NCBI GenBank assembly: GCA_044892505.1 | Contig: CM097882.1 | Span: 133,486,001 to 133,539,864 of the forward strand | Direction: 5' to 3' | Source: Schmidtea nova | Lineage: Eukaryota | DNA: 53,864 nucleotides | Shown: piece after piece, positions 21,273-35,364 of the stretch | Layout: every line of letters starts with the position of its first letter | How positions within the stretch are numbered: the first letter of the stretch is position 1 | Translations under genes and position numbers: made by a program | Notes under the pieces: generated by a model | What the model saw: the letters and a program-made list of their open reading frames with translations, nothing else | The model's database searches: none | Told to the model about the DNA's origin: nothing

Positions 21273-21519
21273 ATGAAAAATCATTCAAAATTTGGAAAAA
21301 AAAATTCATTAACAATTTTAACTTGCTTAACTGCCTGTCTTGGTTTTATAATGCTATGCGTTTCTGTGTCAACTGACAACTGGCTGACGACGTTTGAAAG
21401 AGACAGTCAAGACAACGGAACAATTGTCATTGCGATCCATTCTGGTTTGTGGAGAGAGTGCAAACAATTGCAATTTTTCCCGACAGTGTCTAAAAAAACT
21501 TCCTGGAACTCGAAAATGA
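21273..21519 (+). CDS. First coding exon of a host claudin-superfamily tetraspan protein (stargazin/CACNG-like)
   Basis: Hydrophobic TM1, then STDNWL...HSGLWREC signature; ends at a GTAAG donor (phase 1); downstream exons not identified. Confidence 0.65.
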
Positions 21520-22644
21520 GTAAGACCTTTTCGTTAATGATCCTTGAATTGAAAATAATTAATTATGTTTGATTAAGTCTCTGTGACAAGAAATTTTAAA
21601 TTTATTTAATTAAAACTTAAATATTTATCTATTAAAATTTTACATGGTTTGTAAATGTAATTTTATTTTTTAAAATTTTATTTTAATATTTTTAATTACG
21701 ATTTTTAAAACACTTTTTTATGCTGATTTTTGGTAATTAATAGTTATCAAGTTTTGATTGGTGTTTTTGAATTTCAACGTGCTACATTAACACTTTAGTC
21801 GCGTTGTCAGGCATTGGGTGCGCTTTGCGCTTTCAACTCGCTACACGAATTGAAATGATGTTGATACACGATTATGCGAGGCACTTTTGTGACGTCATAC
21901 GATAAAAAAACTTGTCTGGCAACTATTGCGTTAATCACAATTTATTTAATTAAATTATCACACTTGAATAATGAAAATTTCAGTGATTTTACCGAGAAAC
22001 AAGTCACGAAAAATTAAATATAATTTTTTAGTTTTTTTAATATTTTTATTTTTTACAACTACTATAAATGTTTTTTTAATATGTTTTTAATAAAATTTAT
22101 TGATAGTTAATTCATTAAAATTTTGTAACCTAACAATGGAATATTATATTTTTTTACACTATTATTTTCAACGAATTTAAAATTCTTTTAACAGTAAATT
22201 GTTGCAATTTGTTATAAATAAAAAATTTCCATATGACAAAAAAATAGAATATATTATGCCCATTTGTATAAACATAAATATTTAAAAATACATAATAAAA
22301 TTTTATGAGTTCTATAAAAAAATTTTTTATACCAATTAATTATCCAATCATAGTTATTTTAACATTTTAATTTTTATACTTTTAAAAATGACACAAATTC
22401 TTATTTTAAATTATAGGCATTTATTATTTTTATCCTAACCCACATAAATATTGAAACAATATTATACAAAAAAGTATTTTCTCTGGATAGTTCTCGCCAG
22501 GTGCGCGCATAGAGTGCTCATAAGCTTGAACTTCCACTCCAAGACAATAAAAATCATTAAATTTATTGCGATGATGAGGATATTAAAATTTAGCAAATAT
22601 CCTCAACAAATTTAGATTGATGTTGTTGTTCAGTTGTAGGATGC

Positions 22645-22890
22645 TTAAGTTCTTTAGAATCAAAATATTTTCCTCTATCTACATAAATTGTTTTTGGTGA
22701 ACTAAACTTTAAAATCTATTTACTCAATAAATCTTTGAATTTTGGTTTTATTCATGTGTGTTTTTCAGCCTCTAGAACTATATATCTACTAAATTGATCT
22801 ATAATTGCTATAAAATATCATTTCCCACTTGATGTCACTGTGAGAGGTCCATAAAATCAATAAATATATTTTCAAATGACTCATTGCAGG
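22645..22890 (-). pseudogene. Gypsy-type integrase core remnant
   Basis: FENIFIDFM/GPLTVTSSGK*YFIAIIDQFSRY...PKTIYVDRGKYF with a frameshift and stops. Confidence 0.65.
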
Positions 22891-23001
22891 TAAATTATGA
22901 ACTTTCTCTTTGTTTTCGACATTAGTGCCTTTTTTATTGACAAATTTCACAAATATTTATAAAATTTTTAGTTATTTAATATAAAAATTGGACCATAAAA
23001 T

Positions 23002-23430
23002 TGTTGGGTTGAATAGATGTTGATATAAAAATTATTGACGAATTCCAGGGATTAATACAACCCATGCCGCAACATAAATATCAATTTACACACTCATGTA
23101 CCCATAGTTATTCCCCAATTAACTATATTGGTACTGTACACAGTGGCGAGAATCTAGTGAGCAGGTGAGCTTCGTTTCCAAAACTACTCCTCACTTTATT
23201 CACTCTGTCAGGTTCTTGCTGCCGATAGAATGACTTACGCATCATATCACATGATTAAATTCTAGCTTTCTATCACCTTATTGTACCTTAGATCTACACT
23301 TATGTATTCTCCCAAATATACGAATAACTCTTCTTAACCCGCTCTGGTTTCTTTTCCAATCACTTCCTGAGCTATTTTTATCCATTACCAAAATTTAGGT
23401 ATCAATAAATTTTAGTTAATTCTCACTATA
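23002..23430. repeat. LTR-like interspersed repeat; diverged second copy at 49719-50172
   Basis: Shared core GTACCCATAGTTA..GGTACTGTACAC..GCGAGAATCTAGTGAGCA..AAAACTACTCCTCAC..GACTTACGCATC; TG start and AATTCTCA end; no TSD found. Confidence 0.45.
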
Positions 23431-25499
23431 CCTTGGAGCTATAAACAGCCCCACTCGTACGGAATCACCCTCATAACTTTCGCCACAGAGGACGCTTCTA
23501 CTTATTTTATGTGCCAAGTTTAAATCGGAATCCCTTAAACAAAACATAAAATCAAAATCATTTCTCAAATATTTATTAATCAAATATTTCTTAAGCAAAT
23601 ATTTCCAATTACACATTTAATGAACAAAAACGTACTTACGAATCGTTCCACTTGACTGAACAAATACAATGTCTGTAGTTGCCTGGTAGAATCCCTCACC
23701 GTGACTTTTAATTGAAAATTGTGAATAATTGTAAAAATTTAGCCCACACTGCTTAAGTTATGATTTTATAATCAGGACTCCAAAACCCATCAATATCATA
23801 ATGTCTGTATCGTTCTACTACCAGATGCTTTTGCTTTTCCAAAAATAAAAGTATATAAATTTACCTGTATAAAATACGATGCTACCTACAGGGAAAAAAC
23901 AGGGAAAACGTTTCTTACCCGACTTACTGAACACTAAAAATAAAACCTGTAATTATTACGAACATTGTGAAAAGTAAATAAAATGATTCTATGCATAGAC
24001 AAAACAAAAAGCCAAATTTTACAAAACGGATTCAAAATTTCTTTACAAAGATTAGCTCGCAAAATTTCTTATATCAAAAATCTCAAACTGTCCAGCAACA
24101 TTCAATTCGCACAAAAAAGTCATGTTTAAAAAATTCAAAATTAAATAAAACTAATATTTATTAAATAAAATCATTTTAAATATAAAATAAATAATTAAAT
24201 TTATTATTTACCCCTTTCAATTCTTGAATTTTTTTGTATGACATACCTGTAACTCCAGCATATATTTTTGCAAATTCAAGCAAAAATGGTAGACAATATT
24301 AATTAAAAAATAAAAATGTATCGTGAAAAATTGCATTCAAAACACTAGATATATTAGTAACTGATGAATTGGGTTTGTACCTGCTCTCATAGGTAACTAG
24401 ACCATTTTTAAAATAAACAATACATGTATACATAGTAGCGACATATAGTCGCCAACGAATGCAAAAGGTTAAGATTAAGTTAACGATTGAAACACACATT
24501 TTATAAAGGCGGTGCCAAAATATAGTGTACCTAACAATCAAAAATTTTTTTGATTGATCTATATATTCATACAATTATTAATACGAAAATTATTGAATTA
24601 AATATAATCTTTTGTTTTTTTATGTCAGAATGAAGAATTTCTCTATGAATTTCTTCTATAAAGACATCATTGTTATTTATTGTAATATAGATTTTATTTT
24701 CTTATTTAATTATATTAACACTTAATTAATATTTATTGGGTTTTCTTGATATTATTGTATAGTTTATCTTTTCAATTTCATCATCACCTCTGGAGTCAGA
24801 TCAGTAGCTGATAACAACTTATTGTACCGACAAACTCCAACAGACGTGATAAATTCGCTAATAACTTTCCTTTTTCCATCGGCTCATCGCTTCCCAGTGA
24901 AATACTATTTTTTTATTTTTCATATTTTTTATTAATTTTTTTACTTAATTCTTGTTTTTGGCTTGTTTTTGAACTTTAATTGATTTTTCATCCAATTTTT
25001 ATTTATTAAATTTTTATTTACACTATTTACACAAGCCCAATAATACTTCGAATCGGATGATAAAACTTGGTAAATCATCCCTTCGTGTTATTGTATCTAT
25101 TTATTAGTTTGAGTTATACATTTTCATAGTTCCGTCATTATTTCTTTTAATAAATATTTAAATTTATTAAATTCAATTTAAAGTAGGCAATGTTACCGCT
25201 GGCACGATAAAATTTTGTGGCGTCCCTATAAATGTGTTTTTCAATTCTTACACCCTATATCTGCATTCTACGAGGACGTTTTAAACTCTGATTTGCACTT
25301 TACCGGTGGTCCAAAAATGCGAGACATATTGAAAATAACATTGAATATTATTATTAATTTTTGTTAAAAATAAAATTATTTAAGAATATATGCACCCTTT
25401 TTGTACTTGCTTTATGAAATACAAATAAAAATTAATTATTTCTTTTTTCATAGATTACTAGATTTTTTTAAACTCTTTTTCCTTTTTGATTTGAATCTG

Positions 25500-25770
25500 T
25501 GTTTTCTCTCTGACAAATAAATTCTATTTCTAAAGTTGCCAATAATTTCATAGTGGCAATGACTCGTTGTAAAACAGCTCACCAATACTTCTATTCCGAA
25601 TCAATTTCGTGTTCTAAGTGTGCATCGATACGTTCAGCAATGGGCGGAAATGATAATCATTCTTGACGAGCCATCATTAATTTCATATGGCTATTAGAAA
25701 TTTTGTGACTTCTTAAGTTTCTGGCTAAATGTTTCCAATCATTGAATTCTGTGATTTGAGAAGCAGTCTA
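25500..25770 (-). pseudogene. hAT transposase N-terminal remnant
   Basis: FNDWKHLARNLRSHKISNSH...KYW*AVLQRVIATMKLLA. Confidence 0.6.
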
Positions 25771-25816
25771 GACACGTAAAAATAAATGCATTTACTTATT
25801 TCTGAATACATCAGGC

Positions 25817-26169
25817 CAGCGCCGGTTCGAGATAATTATACGCCCCAGGCGAAAATTATAAAAAGCGCCCTATTTTAAAAATTAGGTACAAAAATTATGA
25901 TAAAATAAAAAAGATTAACTTTTTTTTTTCAATACATATCAGAATTTCTCAGAATTGGAAATTCGTATATTTTTTGTGTACTTTTTTTTGTTTTTTCTTA
26001 TTTTCAAATTTTTTTAAAACGGTTGGTTTCATAGAGAAATTTTAAAATATAAAGTTTTGGAGGCTTATTTTATAATTTTCTTTGATTGTTTATAATAAAT
26101 TTTGGCGCCCTCTAAAAAAAAGGCGCCCTAGGCTATGGCCTAGGTCGCCTGGCCCTTGGGCCGGGCCTG
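25817..26169. mobile_element. hAT-type MITE, copy 1
   Basis: Ends CAGCGCCGG / CCGGGCCTG; 8-bp TSD CATCAGGC; near-identical to 36931-37328. Confidence 0.88.
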
Positions 26170-27862
26170 CATCAGGCAATGACAGAATTCTTTAGCATTA
26201 CTTTCTTTCAAACAATAAAAATTTGATTCACACACATTTTTATAATAAGATCGGTTTCTCTTTTCATATTTTACTCTAAGGGTTCTAATATCTCTAATAT
26301 TGCAAGGCTTATTTTTTCAAATAGTATCGAATCATTTCATCATTTTTGCTGGCTCCAATTTAATGTCATTTTAAAACACAAAGTCGTCTTTATTTAATTT
26401 ATTTTGTTGTTTTGAATCCTCTTCGCTTTTTGGTTCTTTATTGATGACATTTGTATCATAAAATGTTGATATTTTGGTTTCATTTTCAGCTCGCTCACCA
26501 GTTCCTTCGGCTTCAGATTTTGCTTTAACTCGTTCATAAGTTATTTTGAACTCACATTTTAATTCAATTTGATTCTGGGTTTTTTCAGAATCATTCTGTT
26601 TTTCTGAAATTGAAAATTTATCCAGCTAATTTTTTTGCCTTTCTGCATTGTTTTTTTCCTCTCATTGTCTATTGCGTTATCAAGATCCTGATTTAAATTT
26701 TCTTCTCATGGGCATGGCTAAAACATAAAACAAATAAAGAAATAGATTGACTACATAGATGTTATTTTAATACTATTAAGTTTTACATATACTAGTTGGT
26801 AACAAAACAAATGTACTATACTTTTAGATGGTAATTATGTCAATTTAATCTAGGGAATACTGCTAAATTAATAAATAACTTTCTTATAAAAAAATACGAT
26901 GTAAATGAATTTTTTTATTTTGAGAGTTGAATCTTTGAGGCCATAGACAGAAATCCACCACTGAATGTTGATCTAAAAAAGACAAAAATTAAACTAATTC
27001 TATCTAAGAATATTTTATTTTTTATAGCTGTCCAAGGGTTGTTTCACTAAGATTTACAATGGAAATAATGACAAATTGGTTAAACCATAGGGGAATCACT
27101 GGTAATCATTTGACTTAGACTACATACTGTATAAAATAGCACATTTTTCCTTGATTAAAATTTTTTGATTAAGATTTTTCTGACTTTTAATGATCAAAAT
27201 AGGAGGCATCCTTCGATGCTAATTTACATGTACTTTTGCAGTGTATAATCAAACTTCCCTTGCATTATAGGTCCTGCTATCGCTATCACCCATGTCTTTC
27301 TTTTTTGCTGGTAAATAGTCCTCAACCTATTTTCAGAACTCCTTATTTATTTTAAATTTTAAAAGCAAATTTCAAAAATTTATTTTAGATGCATCATGTT
27401 TTCTTTAATGTAATGATACAGTAATTCAATATAATATTCATTTATTTTGTAAAATTTTTATTTCTTAAATAGTTTTAATCGATACAAATAAATAAAATAA
27501 AAAAATAATAATTTTTATCAAGAAAATTTTGCAAAAAATTAAATTTAAGTTTTTATTGTAGGAAATGATTCACGACTTAAAGCATCCTAGATGCATTAAA
27601 ATGAAAGTAGCCAATAAAATGTCTTTAAATCACGATTTTACAAGGTTCGTGAAATAGTAAAATATTCTGTATTTTTAANNNNNNNNNNNNNNNNNNNNNN
27701 NNNNNNNNNNNNNNNNNNNNNNNNNNNNNNNNNNNNNNNNNNNNNNNNNNNNNNNNNNNNNNNNNNNNNNNNNNNNNNNNNNNNNNNNNNNNNNNNNNNN
27801 NNNNNNNNNNNNNNNNNNNNNNNNNTTTGATCTTTTTTTATTATTATTATCAATAATTCTCA

Positions 27863-28003
27863 TAATGACTATAGATCAAATTTTTTTTTATAAACAATAA
27901 CACAATATTTCGGCACAGCCTTTATGAAATACACACTTGATAAAGGCTGTGCCGAAATATTGTGTTATTGTTTATAAAAAAAAAATTTGATCTATAGTCA
28001 TTA
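27863..28003. repeat. Near-perfect palindrome (63/64-bp arms, 14-nt loop) of a repeat family also seen at ~19674-19760, 28251-28273+30082-30170 and ~32170-32260
   Basis: TAATGACTATAGATCAAA..CACAATATTTCGGCACAGCCTTTAT-loop-ATAAAGGCTGTGCCGAAATATTGTG..TTTGATCTATAGTCATTA; N gaps on both sides. Confidence 0.85.
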
Positions 28004-28273
28004 NNNNNNNNNNNNNNNNNNNNNNNNNNNNNNNNNNNNNNNNNNNNNNNNNNNNNNNNNNNNNNNNNNNNNNNNNNNNNNNNNNNNNNNNNNNNNNNNN
28101 NNNNNNNNNNNNNNNNNNNNNNNNNNNNNNNNNNNNNNNNNNNNNNNNNNNNNNNNNNNNNNNNNNNNNNNNNNNNNNNNNNNNNNNNNNNNNNNNNNNN
28201 NNNNNNNNNNNNNNNNNNNNNNNNNNNNNNNNNNNNNNNNNNNNNNNNNNTCAAAATTTTCTTTAAACAAGTA

Positions 28274-30081
28274 CCGGTGTTACTCTTAAATAAGACCCCT
28301 GTCTTATTTTTGAGGGGTCTTATTTTCAATTTTTTTAATAAGAATTTTTTTATTTTCAAGCATTTTTTTATTTTTTTACCTTAAAATTTAAATTTATTTT
28401 CTATGATTATAAAATAAAAGACAGTGATCATTATTTTTCAATTAATTTTTTAAAGAATATCAAATGGTTTACATGAATTAATTTTATTTCGGTAATTTTA
28501 TTTATTAAATATTATTTACAATTTTGTTAAATTGATCTGGTATAAATAAAATTTAATTATTTAATTTATTTATAATATTTTTATATATTATGGATTTTAT
28601 ATTTTAATTTTTATATCTCATGAAAAGAAGGTCGTACAGTACAAAAGAAAAGCTAGAAACACTCGAAATTTTAAGAAAAAACAACAACAACATAGGCAAA
28701 ACAGCGATGGACTGTGGAATAACAAACGAAATGGTGCGGGATTAGAAAATAAAGGAGAATAAAATATCGAAGTAAAAAAAAATCAACAACCTTTCGCATA
28801 GGATCCGGTAGAAAGGCGTTTTTTCCTGAGTTAGAAGTGAAGCTTAAGGTTTGGTTGGCTTTTGAGCGAAAAACAAATAAACGGCTAATTTCTTACAACT
28901 CCTTGCGTGAGCAAGCAAAAAAAAATTGCAGCTTCTTTATCATTAAATGATTTCATAAGAAGTAATTACTGGATTGAAAACTTTATGAATAGAAATGAAT
29001 TTTCGGTCAGAAAAATCACTAACGTTGGACAAGAAGACAATCGCTCAATTGATGAAACTAGGTCGGTTATCAATAAATATTTTGAAGTTTTAAAGTTAAA
29101 AGCAACAAATATTTCATCTATGAATATATATAATATGGATGAAACACCGATGTATATTGACATGATGAACTTAAGAACAGTATCATTCAAATGTGAGAAA
29201 AATACCGAAGTAAAAACAACTGGCCATCAAAAAACTCGGTTTACAGTAGTACTAGCCATTAATCTTGACGGAAAAATTATTAAAACAATGATAATATTAA
29301 AGGGATTAAAGAATATCCCCAAATGCCATTAACCAAATAATATAACAGTTTTTACATCAAACTCGGGCACAATGGACAGTAATATTATGAAGAAATGGAT
29401 AAATTCATGTTTAAAAAATAAAGGTCCGTTTAAGAATTCTGAAAAATCACTTTTGATTATGGACAATTATAGATCACAAAAAGACTTGGATGTTTTAAAA
29501 TTGCTGGAGAGTAACAATTTTGAATCGGTATTTATTCCACCTCGTGCAACTTCTTATCTTCAACCGCTTGATGTGCTAATAAATGCTATTTTTAAGGCTA
29601 AAATGAAAAAAAATGGGAAGAGTGGTTTATAAATGGAGAAAAGATATATACGAAAGGTGGATATCGTCAAAGACCTTCATGGGAAAAAATATTTTCATTT
29701 GTTTCTGAAAGTATTTTGAAAATTCAAGCTAAAGACGTAGTTAAATCCTTTCGACTCTGTGGGTTATCTCAGAACGGTATAAATTTGAACGAGGAGTTAC
29801 TAAATACTAAACTAAAAGACATATTATACTCCTCCAATGTTGAAATAATGAATTCAATTGATACTAATGATAATGATGATATTGATTCATTATAAATTAA
29901 TAATAAATAATTTTTATTACTTAGTTTTGATTTAAAAATTCATATTCAATTTTTTGTAAAAATAAGACCAGGGTCTTATTTTCAATTTTTTTACATTTGT
30001 AGAATCCTATATTACTCCTATATTACCTATATTACCTATATTACTCCTATATTACCTGGTCTTATTTTTCAGGAAATCCGG
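28274..30081 (+). mobile_element. pogo-like DNA transposon with decayed transposase (28620-29895, DD35D)
   Basis: TA TSD; 24-bp imperfect TIRs CCGG..AAATAAGACC; MKRRSYSTKEKL HTH, CENP-B-like HTH, NMDET, IMDNY, QPLDV with 35-residue spacing; stops and frameshifts. Confidence 0.88.
30006..30056. repeat. Short CCTATATTA(CT) tandem repeat in the pogo 3' region
   Basis: Five copies read directly. Confidence 0.8.
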
Positions 30082-31089
30082 TACACAATATTTCGGCCCA
30101 GCCTTTACACACACTTGATAAAGGCTGTGCCGAAATAGTGTGTACTTGTTTAAAAAATATCTATAGTCTTNNNNNNNNNNNNNNNNNNNNNNNNNNNNNN
30201 NNNNNNNNNNNNNNNNNNNNNNNNNNNNNNNNNNNNNNNNNNNNNNNNNNNNNNNNNNNNNNNNNNNNNNNNNNNNNNNNNNNNNNNNNNNNNNNNNNNN
30301 NNNNNNNNNNNNNNNNNNNNNNNNNNNNNNNNCTTATTATCATTATTATAGGAACATTTCCAAAGATTCATCCACCAAATTGCACATATATAAAGTATTT
30401 CAAAGGAAAACCGAAAGGGATGGCAGAAATTAAACCTCCTGAAGCTATTCTCTGTTAGTTAATATTAATTACCACTGAAAATAATTTTTATATTTGATAA
30501 AATATCTTGTTAAATGTGACAAAAGTATGTTCAATATTTAAAATTTTTCATAGATCAGATGTTTTATTTTCTTTGGTATTTGATTATCGAGACTGTCTTT
30601 AATTAACTGGTTCATTATTACTTTTGAGTTTGTAAGTAGTTCATCAATTATAAATTTAAGGTGTAAAGGTCTTATCTCAAAATTTAAAGTTTGAACCAAT
30701 TATTATTTATCTGTTACTAATCTCTATCACAAACTATAATAAAAATATATAAAGTAACAAGAGTTAATTCGAATTGTTCCATAACTTCAGGTTGTACTAA
30801 TCTAGAAACATTATATATCTACCGAGAAACCTCTAATATTTCCCGATTATCACGAAGTTTCATTCTTCATAATTGTAGTAAGATGCATTTTTGATAATTA
30901 GAGTATTTGGCTCAAAATATTAACAAGAACAGATTGTCATTCAAAGTTAATAAGATAACTTGACATCAAAACAGTTTTGATACACGTTGTAGAGTATAGA
31001 TGACATGCAATGAATTACCACAAAAAGGATATTACATAACGAAAATCAATGGCTATATATATTTTTGTAAACATTTCCTCTAATTTTTA

Positions 31090-31900
31090 TACAGGAAAAT
31101 ATACTTACTTAGGACAGATCACAATGCGATACCCTTCAAGCTATTGGAAAAATATTACAACATAGTTCCAAGTGTGTCTAAATATTCAAGGTGGCTTGAA
31201 TATTAAGATTGTATTTAGTAAAAGTACTAAGTATACTGATGAAGAACTACTTTCCAGGAACGATTTGCAAATAAGCTTTCAATGTATGACGGAGCGCAAG
31301 GCCTAAAAAAGAAAAAATTCAAAAAGACTATTATCGATACCAATGAGGAAGAAGATATAATAATGTCAAGAAAGTAATGATGAAATTGAGAAGATAAATG
31401 ACAATAAAAGAAAACAAAAGGGTTAAATTCAAATTAGAGAATGATACTATGAATACAAAGAAAAAATAGGACATGAATACCAGAAGCAAAGATACGAGAA
31501 ATGATTAAGGAAACATATAGGTTATTATTTCACATTGAAATACAAAGGATAACTGATTATATTCAAAACGATTTCGATATGAAGAACCTAACAAACAAAG
31601 TAAAGTCAATAGTCTCTGGATGCTAAGCATATCAAAAAGGGAAGACATTTACCGCAAAGGTTAAGGAAGCAACAAAGACTATCATGAGTACAGAACCGTC
31701 CGAATAAATGTGGACTATGGAGAGAACTAGCGAACAAGAGAAAATACATGTGTGGATAATTGATCATTACAGCAGATATATTTAATTAAAATCAAAAAAT
31801 AGGCATAGCAAAAAGACAATTGACAGGATCTTGCAAAATAATGGATCACAAAGAATTACTTGTCGATTGTAGAAAGAACTTCGAATTCAAAAGCATGAAA
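31090..31900 (+). pseudogene. Highly decayed Gypsy pol (RNase H to integrase) remnant
   Basis: TDHNAI, KIVFSK..DEELLSR, IPEAKIREMIKE..LFH..VSGC*AYQKGK, RINVD, IIDHYSRY. Confidence 0.55.
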
Positions 31901-33129
31901 GAACTAATAGAAACAACTCGAACAAGATTGATATTTTAAGTTCGTATCACAATATAATTAGAGAATACATCAATACATCTCTGAAAGATAATCATATAAG
32001 GAGTTGAGCAGAGATATTACCAGAATTCGAGTGCACATACAACGCAATGAAACAAAATAGGAGCTGAAATGATATTTTGATGAAGGATCAGCAGATCAAA
32101 ATTAAATAGATTTTCATATTAAAATATGTAAGACTATAAATAAAAATTATTTTGGTTGTTAGAAACTCGATATTTTCACATACTTTATCAATTGTGTGTT
32201 TCCACACTTGATAACGTGTGTGCCGAAGTATCATGTACATAATAACCAAAAAAAAGTTTAATCTATATACTTAAAGATTTTATGAAAATTACTGAATTTT
32301 AAAAAGAGATCAAAATTGAAACCAAAATAAAGTTATAGATCATTTAGATTGTTTCCATCATATAAAGATGCAAAAAATATAACTAAAATTAATTAATAAT
32401 TTTTAATTATATTTAATTACATTTTATTAATTAAATGTTTTTTTCAAAAATTATTATATAATATAGATTTATAAAGTTTATCAACAAATTAAAGAAATTT
32501 ATTTTCATTAAAATAATTTTCTAAAATTTTAAATATTTGAAGATAATCTCCTTTTTTGTTTAAAAAAATCTTTTTTAAATGAGACAGATCTGATGGGTAT
32601 TGACGATAATACAAAAACAATTGTTTGTCGTTTTGATTTTGAAATATTTCAATAATAATATTCATAATTGGTTTGAAAGGAAGCCATTTTATTTTCAACT
32701 CGAAAAAAATATTTTAGTTTTTAGACAATTAACTTTCCACCAAAAACTTTATTAATAAAATTTCACTTATGGGAAAATTATTAAAAATTTAATTATTATT
32801 ATTAAAATACTTTGAATAATAAATTACAATGAGACAATGCATATGTTAAAAAAATAAATTATTAATCATGTAAAAATAAATTATGCTTTGACGAGCACAA
32901 TAAATAAGGACACTAATTAAAATATAATATTATTAGAAAACAGAAATGAAACAGTTAACCTAATGTCATTGGCNNNNNNNNNNNNNNNNNNNNNNNNNNN
33001 NNNNNNNNNNNNNNNNNNNNNNNNNNNNNNNNNNNNNNNNNNNNNNNNNNNNNNNNNNNNNNNNNNNNNNNNNNNNNNNNNNNNNNNNNNNNNNNNNNNN
33101 NNNNNNNNNNNNNNNNNNNNNNNNNNNNN

Positions 33130-34284
33130 TAATAAATATTAATTTTTTTTTAAATTAGTTTTTCGTCATAAAATAATGTTTTTAATGTAAGATATGAATT
33201 AAATATCAGAATTAAATGAAACAACTAGAAAAACTGTTGAAATTCTTTCAAATATGGAAAAATCTGAAAGAGAAATCTTGCATCAACTTTACCACGTAAA
33301 GGTTTACCACAAATATATAGATGCAGAAAAGCATCTTAAGAAATTGACACCAAAAATTTGCTTTTATGTGAAAATTCTCAAGCTGAAGCAAGAACAGCTC
33401 ATGATAGACTTAATGAACACAGTTTAAATTGTAGGTCATTGGTCAAAAACCTTTTATTCAAAACATAAATATTAAAGCATAATTAGATTTTGCAAAAGGA
33501 TATTAAAATTTAACAGTAAGGATTAGGATTAGGGTTAGAGGTGAAAAATGTAAAAAAGACTATCAAATATGACCGTTATTGTAAAGGGATATTTCAATAG
33601 CAATTGAAAAAAATATCTTGAAATTAACAATGATACTATTACATCTGCTAAGTATGTTAGGATCCTTTCAGACCATATGGTACTATTTACAAGACACCAA
33701 ATTGAACAAAACATTATATTTCAACAAGATTATGGCTATAAGTATATTGCTAAAAATATCAGAGAATAGTTCAAAAATAATAAAAGAAAAAAGTGCTTAA
33801 AAAGTCAGCTCAAAGTTCACAACGGAATTCAATTTTAAATTTATGGTTTCAACTTAAAAAATAGATTTTTTTAAGAAGGTTTTTAAAATACTAAATATTT
33901 AATAGACATTATTAAAAAATAGTAGAATTTTATAACTCCTGATTATTACAAGGCACTAGTCAAACTAATGGCAAAAAGCACAAATGATGTTAAATGTTCT
34001 AAAGAATTGAGGACCAAATATTGAATTGAATTATTTTATTTTTTAATATAAAAAGTTAAATTAAATTAATATTTCATAAAGTGGCCAGATACTTTTTCTC
34101 TTGATAAAAATAAAAATTTTTGTTTATCAAGTTATCACATGCAAAAGTATTATGTAAGTAATATTGCATATATCAATAATATTTTGTGCACTATATAAAT
34201 ATATATAATAATTGATATAATCAAACTATATTATGTGAAAATATTTTAAAACACTAAGTGGTCTGATACTATTTTCTTAAACTG
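33130..34284 (+). mobile_element. Decayed, internally deleted Tc1-like element
   Basis: Homologous to the catalytic region at 37540-37830; ends GGTCTGATACTATTTTCTTAAACTG|TA. Confidence 0.5.
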
Positions 34285-34952
34285 TATACTTTAGAAAATT
34301 AGTTGGTATAAAATATTGCTAAAAAAATTCATTTTTAATCAAAATTATGATTTAAAATAAAAAATTCAATTGATAAAAAACGGAAATAAAATCAAGCGAT
34401 CACTGAATAAAAACAAAGCACACATAAGACACAAGAAAATGATTAAAGTAATTTTTTAAAAAAAATTTTAAAATTCTTGAACATTGAACCGTTCAAAAAT
34501 AATCGACCTGCTTTTTTAAAAAAGAAAGTAATTTTTACGTTATATCAATTTTAATTAGATATCTTTATTGATAAATGTTAATAAATTGCATTAAAATAAT
34601 AAATAATAAAACTCACATTGTACTGGATTAAAAAAATTTTTAAAAATATTATTCATTATTGATATAAAGCATATTTTATTTAATGACTGATTGATGCTTG
34701 CAATTAATACATTCACAGTCCATTTCACTGTTAACATAACAAGCATTCATTTTTTATGTCCGAACAATGGATGAGACTCATTTAACATTTGGCATATAAC
34801 ATTAACCCTTTCCAAATGAGGTTTTTTTAAAAATAAAAGTTTGAAAAGTGTTTACTTTTTATTATATTTTATCAATTAGATATAAGCTTTAGTATGGAAC
34901 CCTTTGAAACAGTTTGGTACATATAATTCAACATTGCACTCTTCATATATAC

Positions 34953-35364
34953 CAAGGGTGGGCACGCATGAGTTCAATGAGAGACAATTTCCGATAATTT
35001 ATTTTTTAAAGAGCCACCATAGTAAAGTACACATTTTTTTAATTTCATTAATTTGATTAAAAAAGACTTAAACGCTATTAAAACAAAAAGAAAATAATTA
35101 TTTCAAAATTTAAGTAACAAAAATATAATATAATAAAAATCCATTAATAAAAAGTAATGAAAATCCATTAATAAAAAGTAATAAAAATCCTTGAATTAAC
35201 GAAGACTCTTGGTCAAATCTTTGAAATTTGGTGTTTACTTTGTTAAAACTGTTCGCAGCAATTCTGTAAGATGCTGATTGGTCAACTGTTCAATTATCAA
35301 TGAGCCGCAGTTTACTCAACGAAGAGCCGCATGCGGCTCCAAGAGCCGCATTTGCCCACCGTTG
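34953..35364. mobile_element. hAT (Charlie-like) MITE
   Basis: TIRs CAAGGGTGGGCA / TGCCCACCGTTG; 8-bp TSD ATATATAC; GAGCCGC subterminal repeats. Confidence 0.85.

Noticed and set aside
26400-27330. Coding-like E/K-rich and exon-like segments
   Set aside because: Stops in all tested frames; could not be linked to the host exon or to any family
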